A stretch of DNA of 56,556 bases, filler included, from Sphacelaria rigidula (taxonomy: Eukaryota): assembly GCA_964200075.2 (NCBI GenBank). It is 4 parts of 4 records of this genome, joined end to end, with 100 filler letters (N's around TTAATTAATTAA, not from the genome) between each part and the next. Parts side by side here need not be neighbours in the genome. Positions count along the whole stretch, not along the records: positions 42,494 to 56,556 come from CAXNAA020002479.1; 3 more parts are not named here. The stretch is one strand, 5' to 3'. Below, piece by piece: positions 49,576-56,556 of the stretch. The translations under genes and the position numbers were made by a program. Every line of letters starts with the position of its first letter. Position 1 is the first letter of the stretch. The notes beneath the pieces were generated by a model that was not told the origin of the DNA, searched no databases, and was given only the letters and a program-made list of their open reading frames with translations.

Positions 49576-49914
49576 TAGAGCTCAGGAATGGTACCAGTTA
49601 TAACCGGCCATTATCGTTATAATGGTAATAATGGTAATGGTTAAATGAAAATTTTGGATCATAGTTCAAATCATTGTTTACCATTACCGGCTTTATAAGC
49701 CGTTACCGGCTACGTAAACTACATTCAGCCCTTGAAAATTGGCCCAAATTTGACGTATTTTTTTGCTCTCGTGAAGCCAAATCGCGTGAAAACGGGCCTC
49801 CGGCACGGCCCTCTGTCGGGGGGGCTTTTGGGCTCGCGGCTGCGCCGCTCGATCACCAAACCATCATGTACCATTTAACTGATTAATGGTCAGACAAACC
49901 ATTTCGAAGCTTTA
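49576..49914 (-). mobile_element. hAT-type MITE, copy 3 (inverted)
   Basis: TAGAGCTCAGGAATGGT ... ACCATTTCGAAGCTTTA, with a perfect TSD CTTCGTGG on both sides. Confidence 0.9.
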
Positions 49915-50551
49915 CTTCGTGGTCAATGGTGGGACGTGTCCAAAATTCATGGGCTGCGTCTCTCCAGAATCAAGTTCATGTTTTTCTTTCTTTGAGGGGA
50001 GGAGGAAACCTAACCCAACCTTTACCCCGCAAGCGGGTTCGTGTGCCGATTACCCGCAGGCTCGGCTAGACCGCCTCGCGGGAGTCATGTCGGGCAGGCG
50101 CCCCCAGAATAAAGTGTGATGTACCATAACGAGCACACCAGGAACCAAGTGTACTTGATCCCTTTGTTGGAAGGTCCTGCGTTCCTGGAGTACGCCGCGG
50201 CTGCCATCTGCGGACCGGGGACGAGTTGTGCCCCCCGATTATCCCCTTCCCGCCCAAATGGGGGAACTGCAAGCCCGAAAACGCTACGAGCAACATGCAC
50301 AGAAGCTACAAATGGATAAATTCGCTGGAATTTTTGTCACACCGACTGCACCTTTAGTTGGCACGGTTGTAGAGTACAACACAGACTGTACGGTCCATGG
50401 TGGAGTGAACCATACTTGCGCTCTCGTGCTTGGCTCACGACACACATACAGATCCTTGTACACGGAGAAGACACGCCAGTTGTTCTTGACAGGTCGAACA
50501 TGAAACATGAGCATGTTTAGCCAGCGAATCCACCGCCACAACACAACTCAC

Positions 50552-51039
50552 CTTGCTGCCTCCACATCTCCTTTCGAGCTCCCGCCCGTCTGCTGCATCA
50601 CTGCCTGCGCTACTACGGCACTCGACACCGCAGGTGCCTCCTCAGCGCCCGCCATCGCGCCGGCTTTTGCGCTGCCGCCGCCGCCCTCTGCCTTGCCCGA
50701 GACGTTGGACTTGCCAGCTGTACGAGATTTCGCCCTGGCTTTTTTCCCCGCCTTGCGGGAAACTTTGACGTCTGCAGCAATTTCCTCTCCCCCAGCTCCT
50801 TCACCCGCCGCCATCATGACAAGAAGGCTGTTTGATGTTGGTGTTCCGCAGTTGCGGAGAGAAGATGACTGCAAGGGCCTAGCGCAGCTCGAGCCCAGGA
50901 GTGTCCTTGCAGTTGCTCGTGTTGTATGACCAGATATGCTGCATGATGTTGGACACAGAACGAAACCCTGGCTCTTGATAGTGACTACTGCCAATACGAC
51001 GGCAACAAACGTCGCCGAACAAGTATAGGGATGTGCCAT
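50552..51039 (-). CDS. PAM68: PAM68-family protein, exon 1 with bipartite plastid-targeting sequence
   Basis: MAHPYTCSATFVAVVLAVVTIKSQG-FVL is a hydrophobic signal peptide with F at +1, followed by a Ser/Thr/Arg-rich transit-like stretch. Donor GTGAGT, phase 2. Confidence 0.8.
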
Positions 51040-51260
51040 TGTAGCGTGCGTACTGTAGGGTACTATGGGCGTGGTGTGCTCTCCTCGCGGCTGCCTTGAC
51101 TTGAAGCCCAGGCCGGTCTGAAGGTATGACTTTGGTCTTTATTCACACATATCCGCAGATTCTATTGCCATATTCGATTGGCGCGACAGATAACGAGCTA
51201 TGGGCCAGGTCCAGGGAGGGAAAACAACTGCTGTGTGACCGGGGAAGAAAGACTGCCGAT

Positions 51261-51383
51261 ATGATGGATTTAAGCTCTCAGACGATTGGGCTGATTTTTG
51301 GGGTGATGGTGTTTGGTGCTACTATGCTTGCCACGTTGCTGCTGCTCTTGTTCGGGGGTTCGTTCAAGAGAATTCGAGAGCAG
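51261..51383 (+). CDS. Probable exon 1 of a GNAT-like protein (N-terminal membrane anchor)
   Basis: MMDLSSQTIGLIFGVMVFGATMLATLLLLLFGGSFKRIREQ, then CAG|GTGTGA. Phase 0 matches exon 55321-55568. Confidence 0.6.
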
Positions 51384-52469
51384 GTGTGAGGGGAAGTTGC
51401 ACAAGAACGACGGTTGATTGCGTACGCCCACGTCCATCCCTGCTTCCTTGTCTGTCCGTCGCGCACGAGGATAGGGCAGGTGACCACGCTGCGGAACGAC
51501 TACAAGCGAGTATGGTAATAGTTTCTGCACGTACCAAATGATATAACCGTCCTCAACTACTTGGCGTATTTGTCGACGCCTGAGCGGAGAATTGTTGTGC
51601 TGTACATGTTCTGTCCTGTGTCATACAACAGTTCAGCCCACAGTTGCATTTTGAATGTCTCGCGCGCTCGAGGAACGAACACAAGAAATCCTCGAGGGTA
51701 TCATGTTTTCTGGGGACAACTATTTAAAACGTACTACACATATCTACCAGTACAAGTTATGCACAGAACATGTCCTGCTACTGCTTTGGACATAGGGAGA
51801 ACACACCGGCAGTGGGCTTGGGTTTGGTGGAAACGAGGATACCGATATTAATTTCAGGCCAAGGCGCAAGGGGAGGGTGCTCTGAGGGTTGAGGGTGTTA
51901 TTTACCGTAGTGGGGTTATTCTCTCCTGCCATGGAAGTACTGTATGAACAACATGGCATTAATATTCAATTTTATTACGCTACATGCCGCCAGGGCAACA
52001 ACGGCGGTAAACTGTTGCTATGTTTAGTTTTGTCTACGTCAGCGGTGGGGGAGGTGAAGGAGGGGCGGGGGTAGCACGGGAGGAGGGTGTTATATCACGT
52101 ACTGCAGAATTGGCCATGGGAGGGTGAACACAAAATGTGGTTGTGGACTGTAGTACTACTGCGCTCTACGGAAATACCAGAAGAATTATGCAACCGCGTA
52201 GAAAACATCGAAAAATGTAGACCATGCAGAGCAAGTGCTATCCAAAACAAACGCCGGCGACACTGACTGTAGTTCAGCACTCGCGAGACAGTACAAAAGT
52301 AGGATATTATCAGTACCTTATTCAATGTAACATCACTTAACTCTGTCGAGAAGGCCACGAATAACCGCGAAATAAAAAAAGCAACTATGCACCCGTAGTA
52401 AAACCCCGGTATCGAAAGTGAAGAACTCGTGTACAGACAATACAGCAAGCATATGTACCATACAAAGCG

Positions 52470-52758
52470 ACCGGTCGCCCCGGTGGCTCAGTTGGTAACC
52501 TCGAAATATTCTGACGGTTGGGTCGTGGGTTCGAATCTCGGAGGGATCTGGGATTATTTCTCAGACAGTGCCCAACAGTGGAGAGCGACTACGTCGTGTG
52601 AATACAAAAGTCGCCCAGATGGTCGCAAGCAAAAAAAAACTCCTGTGTAGACCGTCCTCCTGTGCGACCCCGGCTGGTGAATCCACACACAGTATACCGA
52701 AAGGTGTAGACCGGCGTCCAAAATATATGGGACGACAATACACACAACACACAAAACA
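52470..52758 (+). mobile_element. tRNA-derived SINE, copy 2
   Basis: ACCGGTCGCCCCGG head with A-box TGGCTCAGTTGG and B-box GGTTCGAATCT, and a CA-rich tail. Homologous to 13604-13961. Confidence 0.85.
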
Positions 52759-53529
52759 GTGATCAGGCGTGTGCTAAATGCCAGCGTCAGCACCCACAGC
52801 TCTCAAGTGGTAGTTGTGTGTTGCTTGGCCAACATTTGGTGGGACATGCTACAGAGCTATGGCGGTGACACGTGGGTACGGATGCGGGGAAATAGGATCC
52901 ATTTGGTGACCAGAAACTCACTCCACAAAATATGACCCAAAATAGTAACGTGATGAACGACGGAGTTGGATATGCAGCATACAAGATTTTCCAAGCTACA
53001 GTTGATGGTACGAGTAACAATGCCACGACAGGCAGTTCATGTGTTACGGAGCACGCTTTCAATCGTTGGAGGGGGGGGGCTTTTTTTGTTTGTAACGAGT
53101 CGGGTTGATCATTATGATGCGCAGCACACAAGCTGCCCACCCAGCGTCATTCGGTCTTCTTGTTGTATTTTTCAAGTTCAAGTTTGCAGCACCGAACTAC
53201 TGTCTTCGTGCATATAATTGTTTCAACGACAATGTGCAGCACAACAGCAGCACACTACGCCTTCACTACAAGCTCCTGCTGGATTCCCCCCGCCACTACT
53301 TTCCAAGGCGATGACAAGGGTATCTTACGTCACTAAGCACGGTTGAAGAAGTCCCACCGTGATTGGTTGTATTTCGTCTTAGACGCATATGCGTATGTGT
53401 CCTGTTGGGGGTGAGATAGACAGTACCGGGAACGAATCATATGTTCACAAAGGTGGCGATGATATTTGTCGAATTTTCATGCTCCGTTTTTGTCCACGAA
53501 CCTGTCGTCCTCGCGCATGGCACACGATA

Positions 53530-54090
53530 CGGCATGCAAGGGTAAGCGCGGCATGATTGCGGAAACATGCAAAGCTGTCGATAGATACCCTTGTCGATCC
53601 TCAAGTCGATGTATTCCACAAAGTTTTGTGGCGATGAACAATGTTGGGCAAGTGCATAATATGTCGTGGGGAAGACGGGGGCGCATAGTGGCGCCCCCGC
53701 TTGCTGTGCTCGCTTTAGTCAACATCTCGTTTTGATCTCCCCCAGGGTGTGTGCACCATGGCACGCAAGGTCGAGCGCGGGAACGTGACGGAAATCTGCA
53801 CAGCTACCAGAAGATAACCTTTTCGGTCCACAAGATTATGTATCTCCAAGTCCTGTACACAGTGTTGAGATATTGCTCAAGAGCTCATGTACAAAACGGG
53901 GGAATGGTAGTGCCCCCGTTCGCTCTGCCCGCTGGAATCGACGTCTCATTTATATCCCCCGCAAGTTGAGCACCGTGGGACGCGAGGGCAAGCACGGCAA
54001 CGTGACGGAAGAGTGCAGAGCTGTCGATAGATATCTTTGGTGACCCAGGAGGCGATTTATCCCAAACGTTCTGCAGAGCAAGATCTGGGA
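53530..54090 (+). repeat. Degenerate tandem repeat, ~2.5 units of ~220-230 bp
   Basis: Recurrent g(c/t)aagc(g/a)cggca..cggaa..tgca(a/g)agctgtcgatagata and acggggg..tagtg..cccccg blocks. Confidence 0.6.
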
Positions 54091-54468
54091 TGGCCGGATG
54101 TTTTGGGGGTGATAACCATAAACTATGCCAGGACGCCCCGCGTGTAGAGACCCCTCACAGAAACTCCTCTGCCCCCCCCTCCCGTGACTGGTCGCTAGGC
54201 ACAAACGTAAGGTGGCAAAGCGACACGTGTACTGTCAAGTTGTCGAATTATGTCCTGAGTTCTCCGTACCTCTTCGTGGTGGCGAAGTTTCACGTGGTGA
54301 AGTACGACAGACGACAAACGACGAAAATGAACATGTCGGGTCGAGACATGCGTTTGTGATTTTTGTATCATATACAGAAATACCTACAAAAACGCGAAGG
54401 CCGACCAGACAAACTGTTGTTCCGCACGAAATCGCTCCGGTATTGTCTTGCCCTTGTTCGGAAAAAAC

Positions 54469-54638
54469 CACACCTTGGACAAGGTATGGTAAATAGTTGC
54501 AATAGACAAGAAACGTACCGCATTAGGTATAGGCCTATTGCGGCTATTGTCGGTCGGCAATAGTTGCAATAGGTCCATGGTTTATGCAGTACACTTCTTG
54601 TCTATTGAATCTATTGACCATATATTGTCCAGGGTGTG
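54469..54638. mobile_element. 170-bp palindromic MITE, copy 3
   Basis: CACACCTTGGACAA...TTGTCCAGGGTGTG. Confidence 0.82.
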
Positions 54639-55320
54639 TAAACGAAGACAACAACAAAAACACCCCAGAACCCCACCGCACCCCCACAGTAGATACTCAA
54701 TCTTGTATCTTCATTTGATATATTTTTATTTGATTTATTTATGCACCTACGTGTCAGGGGGGTACGTAGATCGTATGCTACCCCCCCCCCCCCACACACA
54801 CAGAGAGATCAAGGGGTGGGTATCCTGCTCTCATGAATTTTTTGGGGAACACATTACTACAACACCAGTTGCGCGATCTACTGTGGTACCCAATGTCGGG
54901 CGATTGCTCGGGGTACATTAGTATTTTTCATGGTTCGCAAACGCGTGCCTAGCAGAATAGCACCCAGCGAGCAGCACGCCGCGCGCTGGCGTTTAGGCTC
55001 GAAAGAGCCTCGCCATCGGGTGTAATCCAGCATATCTTGACGTCTTCTACCTGTGACGTCTTCATGCGTCCTACCGACATGCGGAATAGCGTGCTACTTT
55101 CCCTCATTAACGGATGGACGTTGGGCTGGATTGTGCTAACGAAGGGGGCTATCATGAGTTGGTTGTTGAACAAAATAAAATGTTTACAAAACCTCCGTAC
55201 TGCTCTACTGTCCGTGTAATGAACATATGTACTACGGGTCGTGCCGTCCTGACTGTGCTGTTGGCATCATACCACGTGCCGACAACGTATTCAAAACCCC
55301 ACAATCAAAATCACAAATAG

Positions 55321-55568
55321 GCCGAGATATACTCAGGAGGCGGACCTGGCGCGCTGAAGAAGGTGCTGAAGCCGAGACCCGAGCTGTACGACGAGCTGCT
55401 CGCGGCGGCGCGGACGCTTCCTAAGTTGCCAGATCCCCCAGGCGGCGGCAAGGATGGGAAGGGCGGCAAGGATGCGGAGGGGGAGCTGCGTGGATATCAC
55501 GTTACCTTGCGCGTGTTGCACGACGATGACGTCGAGAGGCTGTTCGAGGCTTGTAATGGCTCACCCAA
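55321..55568 (+). CDS. Internal exon of a probable GNAT (RimJ/RimL-like) acetyltransferase (gene 3'-incomplete)
   Basis: Acceptor aaatAG, then AEIYSGGGPGALKKVLKPRPELYDELLAAARTLP...ELRGYHVTLRVLHDDDVERLFEACNGSP(K), then donor GTAAGT. LxGxxVxLRxLxxxDxxxLF resembles the start of Acetyltransf_3. Confidence 0.72.
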
Positions 55569-56556
55569 GTAAGTTTTGTCGTCACGGTCGAGAAAGAAGA
55601 TAGGAGAGCTGCAGATAGGGGTGCACAGTGTGTGGTGACCCGGACACGGTGTTTTGTTCATGACCCCCCTTAGGGTGATGCCCGCGGGTAGTTACCACTG
55701 CGGTAGTGGGATATCGCTCGTACGCTTTGCAGCAAACGGTGTGCAAGCTGGGCCAGCTGACAGTGATCTTTGAATGAAGAATGGCGATGCGATTGGTAAT
55801 TCGAAGAGTTGGGCGCTGAATTTTTGACACGGCATTTTTATCATCAACCCGCGCAACCCTATCGGGGGTGCAGATGGAAAAAAAGAAGAGAAAGGAACAG
55901 GAAGTTAGAGCGACTTCGAGTTTCAAATACAGGGGAAAATGCTATAACTCCGTGAAAAATTGTTGAAGACCGCTGCATCCCGAACAACGTTGTGGGCGCC
56001 CGCGTCAGGACATCCTGGTGAAGTTTCGGCCAAAAATACCTCAAATTGGGCGCCGCATCGCACTTTTCGTGTGACACGGCCGTGCCCCTTCAGCCCAAGT
56101 GATACAGGAGACTCCAGTAGTGGAGATCATGAGTTCGAATCCATGTAGATTCTCTTTTTTTTTCGTCTGTCCTCAAGGTTATATATTATGCAGTACATTT
56201 TTTCTTCCACTTTTCACTTTATTCAGCGGCGGTGCCGTGTGTTGCCAGGTCGGTCTGCAGGTCACAGCGACATGCTCAAGTCGTGCTGATTTGGGAAACT
56301 TGAGCAGTTGTGGTGTGGAACGCGAATGCAGGATTTACTGCTGGCCCAGATCGTACTGAATACCACACTGCACGGGAGTTTGTGTTGTATGGTCAGCATC
56401 AGAAGTTTTCAGAATTCGTAACTGTCCTTTTTTCTGAGTTTTTCTGGAGTACCATTTTTCACTACTACTTGAAAGTGCTAGCGCCGATAGATTTAGGGAG
56501 AAAACGTAGGCCGCGCTCAAACTGCAGTGCTCACGTTGGTGTTTTTGGGGCGATAC

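Noticed and set aside
52477..52550. tRNA gene (also 13880-13954)
   Set aside because: No proper acceptor stem, and homology between copies extends through a body and CA tail, so it is a SINE head.
56075..56165. Isolated B-box-like GTTCGAATC motifs (also ~44985-45060 on -, and an A-box-like stretch at ~13505-13570)
   Set aside because: Too degenerate to call as tRNA or SINE without an alignment.

Overview
Eukaryotic nuclear DNA, most likely a brown alga or related photosynthetic stramenopile. This is inferred from short exons separated by kb-scale GT-AG introns, a PAM68 gene with a signal-peptide plus transit-peptide N-terminus, and the alpha-6 proteasome sequence. The window is not one locus. 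It is four scaffolds of 14065, 14064, 14064 and 14063 bp joined by 100-bp N44-TTAATTAATTAA-N44 spacers. Scaffold 1 (1-14065) holds a five-exon proteasome alpha-6/PSMA1 gene (-), a candidate orphan gene, and the first exon of a possible dual-specificity phosphatase. Scaffold 2 (14166-28229) holds the last five exons of a Cys-rich zinc-finger-like protein with a long disordered tail (-). Scaffold 3 (28330-42393) is almost all repeats, apart from one terminal exon resembling bacterial-type SMP-30/gluconolactonase-like beta-propellers. Scaffold 4 (42494-56556) holds a PAM68-like gene (-) head-to-head with a GNAT-like gene (+). Introns and intergenic DNA contain many non-autonomous elements: a hAT-type MITE with 8-bp TSDs, PIF/Harbinger-like palindromes, a 170-bp palindrome family, a foldback-like element and a tRNA-derived SINE. 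I found no CRISPR array, no intact transposase and no convincing new multi-gene system. Most ORFs in the track are spurious, and many real exons are missing from it. All homology calls are from recognition, not database searches.
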